DNA of 64,000 nt from an uncultured virus (IMG/VR IMGVR_UViG_3300035698_017129) (lineage: Duplodnaviria; Heunggongvirae; Uroviricota; Caudoviricetes), in IMG/VR virus record IMGVR_UViG_3300035698_017129, one strand, 5' to 3'. The translations under genes and the position numbers were made by a program. How positions within the stretch are numbered: position 1 is the stretch's first letter; every line of letters starts with the position of its first letter. Shown piece by piece: positions 17,626 through 27,585 of the stretch. Under the pieces are notes generated by a model that was given only the letters and a program-made list of their open reading frames with translations, was not told the DNA's origin and did no database searches.

Positions 17626-18054
17626 ATGACACAGCGACTAAAAGAAAATACCAAAGACGTCGTGATTGACATGCTCAGCAGCTTTAATGGCTCGGGCAAG
17701 ATATCCAAAAACGCCATATTCTTCATCGTCCTTCAACGGACAAAGAAGGTGTGGCATTTCACAGATGAATCAAGGGGCCTTGTGAAGGAGCCCCTCGTAT
17801 GCGGGATACCAGAGATCCTCGAGGAGGAGATCCGAGAACAGGGCATCCCCATGAAACAGGCTAAGAAAGGCCTCACGGTGATGTTTGCCGCTCGGGAGTT
17901 CCCGGGTGCGGGTATCCACCTGGAACGAACCAAGCTAGAAGCTGGCGGGGCGTGGTATTCCACACCTCATGACGCTGAAGGTTGGCTCTGCCCAGCCTTG
18001 TTGAAGTTCTTCCCAGAGGCTCCAGATGACCTCTGGTGCGCTATCAACGTATAG
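17626..18054 (+). CDS. conserved hypothetical protein (DUF6717-like)
   Basis: WHFTDESRGLVKEP...FPGA...GGAWY...GWLCPALLKFFPEAP, recognised from memory. Confidence 0.65.
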   Translation: MTQRLKENTKDVVIDMLSSFNGSGKISKNAIFFIVLQRTKKVWHFTDESRGLVKEPLVCGIPEILEEEIREQGIPMKQAKKGLTVMFAAREFPGAGIHLERTKLEAGGAWYSTPHDAEGWLCPALLKFFPEAPDDLWCAINV

Positions 18055-18060
18055 AGTTAT

Positions 18061-18101
18061 GCTACGGCTGGTCCTTCGGGGTCGGTCGTAGCTTTCTTTT
18101 T
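18061..18101 (+). terminator. intrinsic terminator
   Basis: GCTACGGCTGGTCC-TTCG-GGGTCGGTCGTAGC followed by a T-tract. Confidence 0.7.
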
Positions 18102-18138
18102 ACTTGATTGCTGAAAACGACAAGGCGTGGCAAACTAC

Positions 18139-19789
18139 ATGCGCGACGTTACTGAGATGCCACAACCGAACAACATACTCAAGGAGGGCGGCTTAGGAGA
18201 CCTCATCGACCGCATGCGTGGCAAGCCTTCCGTCGCTGAACGGTTGCAGGACGCGACAGGGCGTGTAGCCGGGTCAGCGCTTGGAGGCGGCGTCACGGGA
18301 GCCCTGGCAACCTCTGGTATCCTGGCTGCGGCAACACTGTTGGACCCGGAAGAAACTCCCCGCACTGTCGCCTATCCTTGGTTCTGCAGCGAAAGACGGA
18401 ATCGCAGTCTTCAATCCGCGGCGCGCAATAAGGTTGGCGAAAGCCATGCCCCAGGGCGTGAAGCTGTTTCAGCGGGAGAACCTTGCGATGCAGAAAGCTG
18501 AGCAGATGGCAGCCACCAATAGCACTGCCAGCTGGCGGGAGTCGCTGAAGCAAATCCGCCCTAAAGAGCTGAAGCGGGACATGCGGCAGTTTAAGTTGGA
18601 CCACAACATGAGCCCGTCTGAGTTGGTGCAGGCTTTGGCAGGCAGCATCAGCGGGGTCGCGTCGGCTGGCGCGGGGGCCCTCGTGGGTGGTCTATCCACA
18701 GCAGGCAAGGAAGTTCGCGACATCCGCAAGACCGCTGACTTCTCGGAGCAACGTAATTCACCATCGATCCCTCTCTACCTGGCAGCCGCAGCCCTTAGCG
18801 GGGCAGGCCTGGCAGGCGCGCGACATTGGGCGCATAGCGAAGGTGAGAACAGCCCCACACTCGGCGCAGGCAAGTGGAAAGGGATGGTCGGAGATATCAC
18901 TGGCACGTCCCCCATGCTCTACGGCACCGAGGGCGTAGGTAACGCATTTTTTTACAAGCCACGCACGGAGGACGATGCTCTCCAGTTCTCGCAGATGACC
19001 CAGGGACTCAAGGATCACACCAACGGTCTCCTGCCTAACGTGAAGACTCCTGGCAGCACGGTTCGTCGACTGCTGGAGCAAGGTGCGATCGTCGCAGACT
19101 CTGACACGAGTGCGGGAACGATTGCTCACGAGGCAGGACACGCCAAGATTGAGAACACACCCGGGATACTGAGAGCACTTCAGCGCCACGTCTACCCGCA
19201 CAGTAAGTGGGTCGCTCCGTTGGCGGGGGCCGGGTCTATGGCTGCCGGCCTGGCTAGTGGGAGCGCCTTGAAAGGTGGTCTGATCGGTACAGGTATCGGT
19301 GCGCTGGCTGGTCTGGGCACGTTGGGGCCGGAGACTGGCGCGTCCTACCACGCATTGAAACACCTCAAGGGGGTAGGAGATGGCTCACTGAGCGCCGAAG
19401 GACGTAAGGACCTGCTATCAGCCTTGTCGACTTACCTGGCCGCCGCTGTGCTGCCTAGCACGCTCGCCGGTACAGCGGGCGGGTGGATCTCCGGTCGACG
19501 TAAAAAGAAGGAGGACGAGGAGCGCGAGAAAGGCGCAGCCAAGCACCCGGAGCTGCCCAACCTCCTCCAAGCCAAGGATCACTCGGACAACAAGGACTAC
19601 CGGCAGAAGAACCAGCTGCTGCGCATGATGATGGATGCCGATCCGGACGCCTGGATGATTGATTCCGATGATGGCAAGGGGATCGTGGGCCTGACTCACA
19701 CCCCAACGAACTTCCGCATTCATATGCCGAAGGATCGGGTGAACGCCTCGGTGCTGCAGCGTCCCGTCGTGCCTGAGCCGGTGGTATAG
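18139..19789 (+). CDS. putative virion protein with HExxH zincin-like metallopeptidase domain; apparent +1 frameshift near 18342
   Basis: ORFs 18127 and 18281 join as ...AATLL/TRKKLPAL if one G is removed; IAHEAGHA with downstream ETGAS; RKTAD and EKGAA motifs. Confidence 0.65.
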
Positions 19790-19859
19790 CAATAACACCC
19801 TTCGTGGTGTCATAATGAGTTGAACGAGACCTAACGGTCAAAACTTAACCAAAATTGCT

Positions 19860-20834
19860 ATGAGTCTAAAAGAAATATTGAAGGGCCAGGACTGGATACC
19901 TGAGCTTAAAAAGAATAAGATGGCTGTGACGGCTGTCAATATGATGCACTCGAGGCTGCCGGGGTATGTGAAGAAGGAGATACGAGCGGTAGCGACAGCA
20001 AGTGGCGTACCTCACTTTGATGTGATCGCCTCCAACTTTGCTTACGAGGTTGCAATGTGCGCCGGGGCTGCCTCCATCCCGTCTGTAAGCAATCTATTCA
20101 GGTCGTTTGCCGGTGTCGACGCTACCCCTGTGGGTTGCACGACGTTCGTAGATATGGAGGTGGAGGAGGATGATGAAGTACCGGTCTGTGATCGAGTTAC
20201 TTTCGGGCGTAACTTGGATTGGGCCGACGTGGGCGGAGCGCTGAAGCGGTACACGACCGTGAAGACCTACACAGCCAAGTGTAACTCGCTTGAGTATGAG
20301 TCAGTCTCGTTCCCTGGGTATTCCGGGGTCCTGACAGGCTACGCTCCGCTAAGGTTCGCCGTGGCGATCAACGCTGTGATGTCGGATGAGCCTCCTCAAA
20401 TGGGGGCCGCGCCTACATTCCTGCTCCGGGAGGTCCTGGATCAATGCTCGACGTTTGCTGAGGCCAAGGAGAAACTATCGAAGACCCCGTTGGTCTGCGG
20501 CGCGGCATTCACCCTGGTGAACGCTTCGGCGTGGTGCCACCCGGAGGAGGCGGTGGTGATCGAGCGGACCCCGACCAAGTATGCCATCCGTAAGGCTGAG
20601 CGAGTCGGCGTGGGTCGGTGGTTAGTGGTGGCAACCAATGATATGCTGAGCATCCCGTCCTCGGGGTCAGTTACTGGGTTGGCTGAAACATCGTGCGAAC
20701 GCTATGATGGTGTGGTGCGTGATGCGAAGCGGGGCGCACCGTCGGCTACGATACTGAAGAACGCCGAATTCGGCTGCACTGTGTATCGTGCGTCTGCGGA
20801 CCTGCAGAAGGATTCCGAGCTGCTCGTAAGCTGA
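19860..20834 (+). CDS. Ntn-hydrolase, acid ceramidase/NAAA or C45 acyltransferase-like
   Basis: Internal GCTTF nucleophile site, FGRNLDW, FPGYSGVLTG, VIER, VATND, and SCERY near the C-terminus. Confidence 0.8.
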   Translation: MSLKEILKGQDWIPELKKNKMAVTAVNMMHSRLPGYVKKEIRAVATASGVPHFDVIASNFAYEVAMCAGAASIPSVSNLFRSFAGVDATPVGCTTFVDMEVEEDDEVPVCDRVTFGRNLDWADVGGALKRYTTVKTYTAKCNSLEYESVSFPGYSGVLTGYAPLRFAVAINAVMSDEPPQMGAAPTFLLREVLDQCSTFAEAKEKLSKTPLVCGAAFTLVNASAWCHPEEAVVIERTPTKYAIRKAERVGVGRWLVVATNDMLSIPSSGSVTGLAETSCERYDGVVRDAKRGAPSATILKNAEFGCTVYRASADLQKDSELLVS

Positions 20835-20842
20835 GCACAGTT

Positions 20843-20878
20843 AAAAAAAACGGGCGGGCTTGCCTGCTCGTTTTTTTT
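20843..20878. terminator. bidirectional intrinsic terminator
   Basis: A8-CGGGCGGGC-TT-GCCTGCTCG-T8. Confidence 0.75.
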
Positions 20879-20898
20879 AACTTAGAGTGTCCTCGCCT

Positions 20899-22278
20899 AT
20901 GCCAGCTTTATCAATACCGACCTTTGGGGGTATCTCCAACCTGCTCAACAAGGCAAAAGGCACCTCCCCGTCGATCTCCAGCCGTATAGGCGAAGCCATC
21001 GGGACAGGGAAGGACAAGGTCCTCAGCAAGGCCATGGACGAGGGATCGGCTATACGAACACTCGTAGACCGAGCTCTCCCAAACTTCGACAGGTCTGTAG
21101 CAATCAATGCGCCAATGGGCGGGGGCGGCGCTAACGTCGACGCGTCCGTGCTGGGTATGATGGGTTTGTCATCCCTCAAAGGAACCCGAACTGCTTTTAA
21201 CAAAGGGATGAACAAGTCTCTAACCGATCGGGTAGGCGTTGGCAGTGGGGCAGCGGCAGGGTCCGCGCTTGGTGGCGTAACCGGGTGGAACTCTGAAGGC
21301 GATCCAGCCAGTCGATGGAAGCGTGCCCTCGGTGGCGCAGCTCTAGGATCCGGAGCAGGCGCAGGGGCCGGCCTGGGCGGTGCAGCTGTGGCGAAAGGGC
21401 TGAGCGCAGGCGGTAAGAACTTTAAGGGCAGGTTACGCGGGTGGGACGATTTGATGGGCCTGGGTGTTATCCCGAAGTCTCTCGAGGACACGCAAGGACT
21501 GGAGAGGGTGCTCAGCGCTGCAAAGACTGCTAAGCCCGGCGAACGTATGAAGGCTCTGGGAGACCTGCGGCGTGCCCTCGGCGGCGTAGTTGACAAGGGC
21601 GACGAAGCATACACCGCCTACCTGGGGGCGGGGAAGCACCTCCCTGGCGGCGTTTACGGGCCCCTCGGTAAAGCCCTCACGGACACCAAGATCAAAGGCT
21701 TGGATGCTGGGTGGATTATAAACCCGGAAGTTGCGCATCTCTCCACGAGCCGCCGCGCCATGGAGAAGATGAGAGTAGACGCCCCGCTGTTGGAGCGCTT
21801 TTACGGTAGCACGAAGGGTAGGAACATGCTTCACACGGGTAACCCTGAATCAGCAGCAGACTCAGGCGCACAGGCGTTGAAGGGCATCGTTGACAGGGCC
21901 ACGGCGGCTGCAGGCAGAAAAGCGCCTAAATTTAAAGAGAGGAAACGCACAGACTCACTGTTGAGGGACATCTTGAACAGGAAGGCACAGAAGCCGACTG
22001 CAAAACTCAGAGATCTCGGAGATGAAGACGCAATACTCAAAGTAGTGAAATCACTCGCCAATAAAGAGGTCAAAAGCACAGGGCTAACTCGCGAGGAGAT
22101 CCTGCGGGTTATCGACAGGACTGCGGACGCTGGAAACGTCAACGCCAAGCGTATCTGGGCTGATCCGGCCGGGAAGTCTGTCGACTTCTCATTCGATATG
22201 GCGGGCGACCTGGGAGCCCAGGCAGCAAAGCTGCCGCAGATGTCCACGATCCGCACCCGGCTCCGCCCCCCTGTTTGA
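20899..22278 (+). CDS. putative virion protein, Gly-rich hydrophobic segments
   Basis: Long ORF with GxxxG-rich stretches, like its neighbours. Confidence 0.65.
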   Translation: MPALSIPTFGGISNLLNKAKGTSPSISSRIGEAIGTGKDKVLSKAMDEGSAIRTLVDRALPNFDRSVAINAPMGGGGANVDASVLGMMGLSSLKGTRTAFNKGMNKSLTDRVGVGSGAAAGSALGGVTGWNSEGDPASRWKRALGGAALGSGAGAGAGLGGAAVAKGLSAGGKNFKGRLRGWDDLMGLGVIPKSLEDTQGLERVLSAAKTAKPGERMKALGDLRRALGGVVDKGDEAYTAYLGAGKHLPGGVYGPLGKALTDTKIKGLDAGWIINPEVAHLSTSRRAMEKMRVDAPLLERFYGSTKGRNMLHTGNPESAADSGAQALKGIVDRATAAAGRKAPKFKERKRTDSLLRDILNRKAQKPTAKLRDLGDEDAILKVVKSLANKEVKSTGLTREEILRVIDRTADAGNVNAKRIWADPAGKSVDFSFDMAGDLGAQAAKLPQMSTIRTRLRPPV

Positions 22279-22378
22279 GTCTGCTGTTTAGCGGTTGTTT
22301 GGTGCAATTACCACGGTATTGGTGTCATAAGGATTTGCTAAGGACTAATGTCCTATAACACCAAACCCATACTAAAAT

Positions 22379-22798
22379 ATGAAAGCCACATTGTTGAAGT
22401 TCGCGGGAGCCCTTTTTGGGACTCCCCTCGTAGTAACAGGCAAAGGCCTGCAAGCCACAGGCTCCGGCCTGCACATCGCTGGAGACCACTGCACCGCTGC
22501 AGGCGTCGTGGTTGAAGCTTCTGGTCACGGGACCAAGGAGCACTTCACCGGCCTCTCTGAGGTCGCAACCGCAGAGGCGAAGAACGCCGAGCTCGCCAAG
22601 GGCAAAAAGAAGATCTCCGACCGCCTGGTCGAGATCGACGTGCTGCGGCAAAAAGGCGACGCCGACATCGCGGCGCTCAATGCCGAGCAGGCCGAGTTGA
22701 CGGCACTTCGGGCTCAGCTCGAGGAGGTCGTCGTTCAGATGCCAGCCCAAGCCCAAGAGACTGAGGTCCCGGCGGAGGCCCACGCGGTCCCCGCCTAA
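22379..22798 (+). CDS. hypothetical coiled-coil protein
   Basis: Preceded by a degenerate cassette motif (22304-22339) and followed by a terminator. Confidence 0.65.
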   Translation: MKATLLKFAGALFGTPLVVTGKGLQATGSGLHIAGDHCTAAGVVVEASGHGTKEHFTGLSEVATAEAKNAELAKGKKKISDRLVEIDVLRQKGDADIAALNAEQAELTALRAQLEEVVVQMPAQAQETEVPAEAHAVPA

Positions 22799-22813
22799 CA
22801 GGAAAGGATTCAA

Positions 22814-22856
22814 AATCACTGCGGCGGCTTCGGTCGTCGCAGTGATTCCTTTTTTT
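22814..22856 (+). terminator. intrinsic terminator
   Basis: AATCACTGCGGCGGC-TTCG-GTCGTCGCAGTGATT followed by a T-tract. Confidence 0.75.
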
Positions 22857-22896
22857 ACTTGGAAGTAGGCGATAAAGCCGCCATCATACTGACCGC

Positions 22897-23265
22897 ATGG
22901 AAGACGAAGAAGTAAGCGCCGTCAGCGACCTGGTCATTGATGCGGCGTTATTAAAGGGAGCCCGGCGATGCGTGAACGCAAGCCAATCAGGCACATCAGT
23001 AATATGGCCCGACACGCCCACGGAGGCAGAGACCCTTCAACTGTATGATCTGCAGGTGGCCTCTCTGCCTCCGTGGGTGCTGCGACAGTATCGCAGGGAA
23101 CTACTCAAGAGAACGACCGCGCTGATAGAGTTCCTCGACGCTAACGTCGGGTTGAGCGAGGAGTATCCTCTGGTGATAGCCGGGGAGAACCAGGAGGCGC
23201 TCGACGCCTTGGCAGCGCAGCTGAATGCTGTGAAGGGTGTGATCGGCGTTCTCACAGAGATATGA
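22897..23265 (+). CDS. hypothetical protein
   Basis: Clean ORF between a terminator and the next promoter. Confidence 0.6.
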   Translation: MEDEEVSAVSDLVIDAALLKGARRCVNASQSGTSVIWPDTPTEAETLQLYDLQVASLPPWVLRQYRRELLKRTTALIEFLDANVGLSEEYPLVIAGENQEALDALAAQLNAVKGVIGVLTEI

Positions 23266-23308
23266 CTGTCCACTTGCTTGCAGCGTCAGTATCTGGCACA
23301 ATACTGTT

Positions 23309-23845
23309 ATGCCCGCGTCAACCACACCTTTGAAGAACCGTCTCGAGTCCCTGCGCAACGTGCGAAAGGAACTGGAATCCATTAAGAAGGAGGCCTTCAT
23401 GGCTTCTCCACCAATGCCTCAGGGCGGTGTACCACCAATGGACCCATCAATGGGCGGTGGAATGCCTCCAGGAATGGACCCCGCGATGATGGGCGGAGCA
23501 CCCCCAATGGACCCATCAATGGGCGGTGGAATGCCTCCAGGAATGGGCCCCGCGATGATGGGCGGAGCACCCCCAATGGACCCCGCTATGGCTGGTGGTA
23601 TGCCCCCAGTCGACCCAGCCACCGGAATGCCGATGGACCCAGCGATGGCCGGCGGAGCACCCCCAGAAGGAGGCGCCGGAGCACTTACGCCCGAGATGAT
23701 CGAGGAACTCCTGGGAGTCATCGAAGAGTTGGCTGCCCAAGGCGAACAACAGGAGCAGCTTAACGAGCAGCTCAAGGGAGCCATCGAGGAAATCGTTACC
23801 AAGGTCGAGGAGATGGAGCAAGCAATGGCAGCCCCCGTCATGTAA
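23309..23845 (+). CDS. Pro/Met/Gly-repeat protein with acidic coiled-coil C-terminus
   Basis: PPMDP(S/A)MGG repeats; KKEAF motif; sigma70-like promoter TTGCTT-N17-CACAAT 6 nt before the ATG. Confidence 0.75.
   Translation: MPASTTPLKNRLESLRNVRKELESIKKEAFMASPPMPQGGVPPMDPSMGGGMPPGMDPAMMGGAPPMDPSMGGGMPPGMGPAMMGGAPPMDPAMAGGMPPVDPATGMPMDPAMAGGAPPEGGAGALTPEMIEELLGVIEELAAQGEQQEQLNEQLKGAIEEIVTKVEEMEQAMAAPVM
23435..23582 (+). repeat. 69-nt coding tandem duplication
   Basis: CCAATGGACCCATCAATGGGCGGTGGAATGCCTCCAGGAATGG... occurs twice in tandem. Confidence 0.75.
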
Positions 23846-24069
23846 TGGTCCGCGTTCGACAGCAGAACGGACTGACCGTCGACGTCGACGGTCTGGAGGC
23901 CGTTGAGATAATCGGTGATGACGGCAGACTGGGGATGGTAATCGTCCAGGACCGTAAAGGCACGATCCACCTGTCGACCCCGGGTGAAGCGATTTTTAAC
24001 GGATACTGCAAGTCGCACGGGCTACAGCCGGCGAAAGTCCACAAGCACGAATCTTTACCCGTCCACTGA
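23845..24069 (+). CDS. hypothetical protein
   Basis: TAATG coupling. Confidence 0.6.
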   Translation: MVRVRQQNGLTVDVDGLEAVEIIGDDGRLGMVIVQDRKGTIHLSTPGEAIFNGYCKSHGLQPAKVHKHESLPVH

Positions 24070-24073
24070 GAAT

Positions 24074-24628
24074 ATGGCCGGCCTAGCTGATGAAGTAGCA
24101 GAACAGATTGAGAGCAGCGGCCTTAGCTGGTGGCAGCGCTCGGCGTTGATTGTCGCAGCCAACGTGATCGGCCTGGTCTTAGGTGCTATCGCTGTCGGCG
24201 GTGGGAGTATCATTTACACCAAAGCGATGTCGACTGATACTATCAAGGCTGACCTCGTGAACGAGGCTAAAGCGCTCCGGGCTGAGGGCAGCATCAGCCA
24301 GAAAACAGCGGCAGCAGAGAGGACCACGATTCTGGATGCTGTGGCGACACTGGGCGCCGAGCTCGATTTTCTTCGCGCGGCCATGGAATCGACATACGAA
24401 AGTCAGAAGGAGGAGGACTACTGGGAGCTACCAGGCAACGTAGCTCCTCCCCCAAGTGCCGACCCTATCCCCGGAGCCCCCGCTGCTCCTCATCCAGACG
24501 AGCTTCAGGAGCAGCCGGTGAGCCGTGCGGTCCAAGAGACATCAGCGGCTGCGGTAGATGAGAAGAAGCAAGAGCTGCAGCAGCGCATCGATAAAGAGGT
24601 CTACCGCGCTAAGAACCTGCGAGAGTAG
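24074..24628 (+). CDS. membrane-anchored coiled-coil protein next to lysis genes
   Basis: One long TM segment, ALIVAANVIGLVLGAIAVGGG. Confidence 0.6.
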   Translation: MAGLADEVAEQIESSGLSWWQRSALIVAANVIGLVLGAIAVGGGSIIYTKAMSTDTIKADLVNEAKALRAEGSISQKTAAAERTTILDAVATLGAELDFLRAAMESTYESQKEEDYWELPGNVAPPPSADPIPGAPAAPHPDELQEQPVSRAVQETSAAAVDEKKQELQQRIDKEVYRAKNLRE

Positions 24629-24667
24629 AAGCTTGACTTCTCACCGTATATCCGCCATTTTTGCGAC

Positions 24668-25372
24668 GTGAGAATATTATTGACATCATCGCTGATAGTA
24701 GTCGCAACACTGGCAGCGAGCTGCGCCTCGCGCCAGCCAGCATTACCACCAGGTAACCCGGTCGTAACCGCTGCCCCAGTGACTCCATCTGCCCAGGAGC
24801 CAGTAAGGGAAGTGCGTGAGCTGTCTAACGCAGCGTCGGAAAGGACTGCAGCAGCACTTACCCGGGTCGCAGACGCGCAAGCTGCTGTCTCCACCTACCA
24901 GGCCGGTGAATACGCTGAGTTGAAAGACTTGGTGACCACCTTGGCAGAAAGGGGATCGGCGGCGTCCGAGGAACTGGACGACGTTTACCAGAGAGTTTCC
25001 GGGGCCGAGGATAAGATCGACACACTCCTGGGCCGCCTCACTTCCGTGAGCGAGGACCTCGTGACAGAGAAAGGGCTGCGTGTGCAAGCTGATGCGAAGC
25101 TGGGTGAGGCATCTGAGAAGATCGCCGCCAAAGAAGCGGAGGCTGACCAGCTACGGCAACAGTTTGAGGATCAGAAAGTCACGGCCGCAGCATTCGAGGC
25201 TAACGCCAAGGAGAACTTTACTGTCGCGCAGAAGTCAGTTGTCCGCGCCGCTAAGATGGAGGGCCAACGTAATTTGGTCATCAAAGTTTTAGCAGGCGTA
25301 GCAGGGCTTCTACTGATCTCGCTCCTCATGAACTACATCCAATTTCGTAGCAAATCAATCCTCCCCATCTAA
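24668..25372 (+). CDS. putative unimolecular spanin (lipoprotein N-terminus, coiled coil, C-terminal TM)
   Basis: LIVVATLAASC lipobox-like; C-terminal VLAGVAGLLLISLLM; directly upstream of the endolysin. Confidence 0.55.
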   Translation: MRILLTSSLIVVATLAASCASRQPALPPGNPVVTAAPVTPSAQEPVREVRELSNAASERTAAALTRVADAQAAVSTYQAGEYAELKDLVTTLAERGSAASEELDDVYQRVSGAEDKIDTLLGRLTSVSEDLVTEKGLRVQADAKLGEASEKIAAKEAEADQLRQQFEDQKVTAAAFEANAKENFTVAQKSVVRAAKMEGQRNLVIKVLAGVAGLLLISLLMNYIQFRSKSILPI

Positions 25373-25392
25373 CTGATAACCAACAAGTAATA

Positions 25393-26523
25393 ATGAAATC
25401 TAACCTACCTAAGAACTGGCGTTTCGTAGTCATCGTGCTCGCTATCGGGCTCGTTGTCAGCTTTGCTGTCAACCTCATCTCTTCCACCATCGACCTCGGT
25501 CAACTGCGAGCAGAGGCGGCAGCAACCGGACTACCGGTCAGCGACGTCACGCCCTCAGCGTTCAGCGATGCTGTCGCTCGCACAAGCAGCTCCGTCTACG
25601 GATTGTTTGACCTGGTCAACTTCCTGTTGGTAGGGGCCGCAGCCGTGATCCTCGTCGCAGGTATCCGGAAGTTCATCTTCCCGACGACGCTCGGGGCTCA
25701 CTCAGGCTCTGTGTTCAACTCCGGGTGGGACGCTATGCCGGTAGTCGAGCGGACCAGATGGGTCCTCGTCCTCATCTTTATCGCCCTGTTCGGTGCCTTA
25801 GTGGGGCGTAGTAATGGCACCACACTGTCCGAAGAGAACGGTATTCCTATGGTGGAGGACAGAAGTCTTGCGCTACCCATCAGTCAGAAGGCACGTGACC
25901 TCATCATTTACTACGAGGTAGGCGGGAAGTCCTACTACCAGTCCCGCCTGCAGAAGCCGACTGTGCCAGCCTGGCGCACCACGGTCTCCGGTGTCACTGT
26001 GATGTTCGGCGTCGACGTTGGCCACATGACCGACGCGCAGATCGCGACAGCCATGGAAGGCGTTGTCCCCGGTGCTACAATTCGTGCACTGCAGAGCGTG
26101 AACGGACTCAAGGGGTCGAGCGCCTACTACAATGGTCTGCCGAAAGTGAAGCACCTTTCTTTTACCTGGGACCAGGCCACGAAAGTGTTCGAGAGGGACA
26201 CACTGCCCCGCTTCACCAAGTTGACCAGCAACGCCTTTAAAGTTGAGCCAGGACGCCTTCATCCGCATGAGAACGGTGCCCTGACTTCAATCGTGTTCAA
26301 CCGAGGATCGTCGATGTCCAGCCGCAGCTCACGTAATGAGATGCGCTACATCCGTGACGACATCGGTCGCGGCTACTCCGGCTATGTGCCGGGTCACATC
26401 CGCGCAATGAAAAGACTTTGGTCTTATTCTAGTCTAAAAGGCCTCCACCTTCGTAGAGATGCCGAAGCAAGGTTGTTTAAGGACGGCTCGACTCTGCGAC
26501 TAGCATCTGATAGCCCTAGCTAA
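25393..26523 (+). CDS. endolysin (lysozyme-fold muramidase) with three N-terminal TM segments
   Basis: IIYYEVGG...SGVTVMFGVDVG...ALTSIVFNRG...GLHLRRDAEARLF, lysozyme/GH24-like motifs. Confidence 0.8.
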   Translation: MKSNLPKNWRFVVIVLAIGLVVSFAVNLISSTIDLGQLRAEAAATGLPVSDVTPSAFSDAVARTSSSVYGLFDLVNFLLVGAAAVILVAGIRKFIFPTTLGAHSGSVFNSGWDAMPVVERTRWVLVLIFIALFGALVGRSNGTTLSEENGIPMVEDRSLALPISQKARDLIIYYEVGGKSYYQSRLQKPTVPAWRTTVSGVTVMFGVDVGHMTDAQIATAMEGVVPGATIRALQSVNGLKGSSAYYNGLPKVKHLSFTWDQATKVFERDTLPRFTKLTSNAFKVEPGRLHPHENGALTSIVFNRGSSMSSRSSRNEMRYIRDDIGRGYSGYVPGHIRAMKRLWSYSSLKGLHLRRDAEARLFKDGSTLRLASDSPS

Positions 26524-26619
26524 CCCATAAAAACTATGGGTCTGGACTTGCGCGAAAGCGAGCTAAGAGCCAAACTACCGTGTTCCCCCCGGAGTAGCTT
26601 TTAGACCGCCGAGCATACA

Positions 26620-27528
26620 ATGGAAACCGAGTCAGTGAACAGTAACGAGGCAGTCAGGATTAGTCACATGGAGGCCGCGTTAGGCGTCCAAGGTGGGCGT
26701 CTTGACTCCTTTGACAACCGACTCACGAAGGTCGAGGACACGACTGCCGAGACTAACCGCGGTGTCCAGACGTTACTCGGCCGGCAGGGTGGCTACGAGG
26801 CCACCAAGGGGATGATCCCCAGCACCGTGATCTTTGCCTGTCTTGCTCTGTTGGTATCTCTGGCTGGTATCGGAGTCACGGTGGTGACGCTATCGGGTAA
26901 TAGCATCCGGGCGGACATGATCGACGACATGGAGAAGGCCCACCTGCGATTCCAGGCTGTCGAGACGCGGATTAGCGACGAAGAGACCCGCGAGGAGGCA
27001 GAGTCGATAGTGCAGGCGAAATTCTTAGAGGACTGGAACGACGGCCGGGTCGAAGACGCCGGGCGGCACGCTGTCAGTCAGGCTGAGCTGGGAAGTATAA
27101 ATGATCGGATGGCTACCGCTCACGCCCAGCATAACGCCCGGCACGCAGCGAGGGACGCGGAATACTCCAAGAACAAGGACATGTGGGACAAGGAGCGGAT
27201 CGATAACGCATCCCGCATGGCCAACCACGAGGGGCGGCTAGATGAGATGGAAATCGAAGGCAACTACATGTGGGATTGGCGGTTTAACTTTGACGAACGC
27301 TTCGGCGTGCTGACCCAAGTGGTATCGCAGTTGAAGGGCGACAGTGAATCCTCGTTAGGTGGGCACCACGACAACATACGACGCATCGCCCTGGGCGAGG
27401 AGCGCGTGTCCTCGGTTGAGAAGATCACGGAACACCACGTGGCCAAGGATGAGCACCCCACCAAGCAAACCTCCCAAATCAGAGAGCTGGAGAACCGGAT
27501 GAATAATTGGGGGGCAGGGTCAAATTAG
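26620..27528 (+). CDS. single-TM coiled-coil protein
   Basis: TM segment VIFACLALLVSLAGIGVTVV flanked by helical regions. Confidence 0.65.
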   Translation: METESVNSNEAVRISHMEAALGVQGGRLDSFDNRLTKVEDTTAETNRGVQTLLGRQGGYEATKGMIPSTVIFACLALLVSLAGIGVTVVTLSGNSIRADMIDDMEKAHLRFQAVETRISDEETREEAESIVQAKFLEDWNDGRVEDAGRHAVSQAELGSINDRMATAHAQHNARHAARDAEYSKNKDMWDKERIDNASRMANHEGRLDEMEIEGNYMWDWRFNFDERFGVLTQVVSQLKGDSESSLGGHHDNIRRIALGEERVSSVEKITEHHVAKDEHPTKQTSQIRELENRMNNWGAGSN

Positions 27529-27585
27529 AGGCGGAGCGCCCGTGAAGGGTTGCCAAGTGAGTTCGCAGCAATTAGAGTTTAATCG

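Noticed and set aside
18127..18501. Separate 124-aa gene overlapping the 502-aa ORF
   Set aside because: Best explained as one gene broken by a single-base insertion near 18342.
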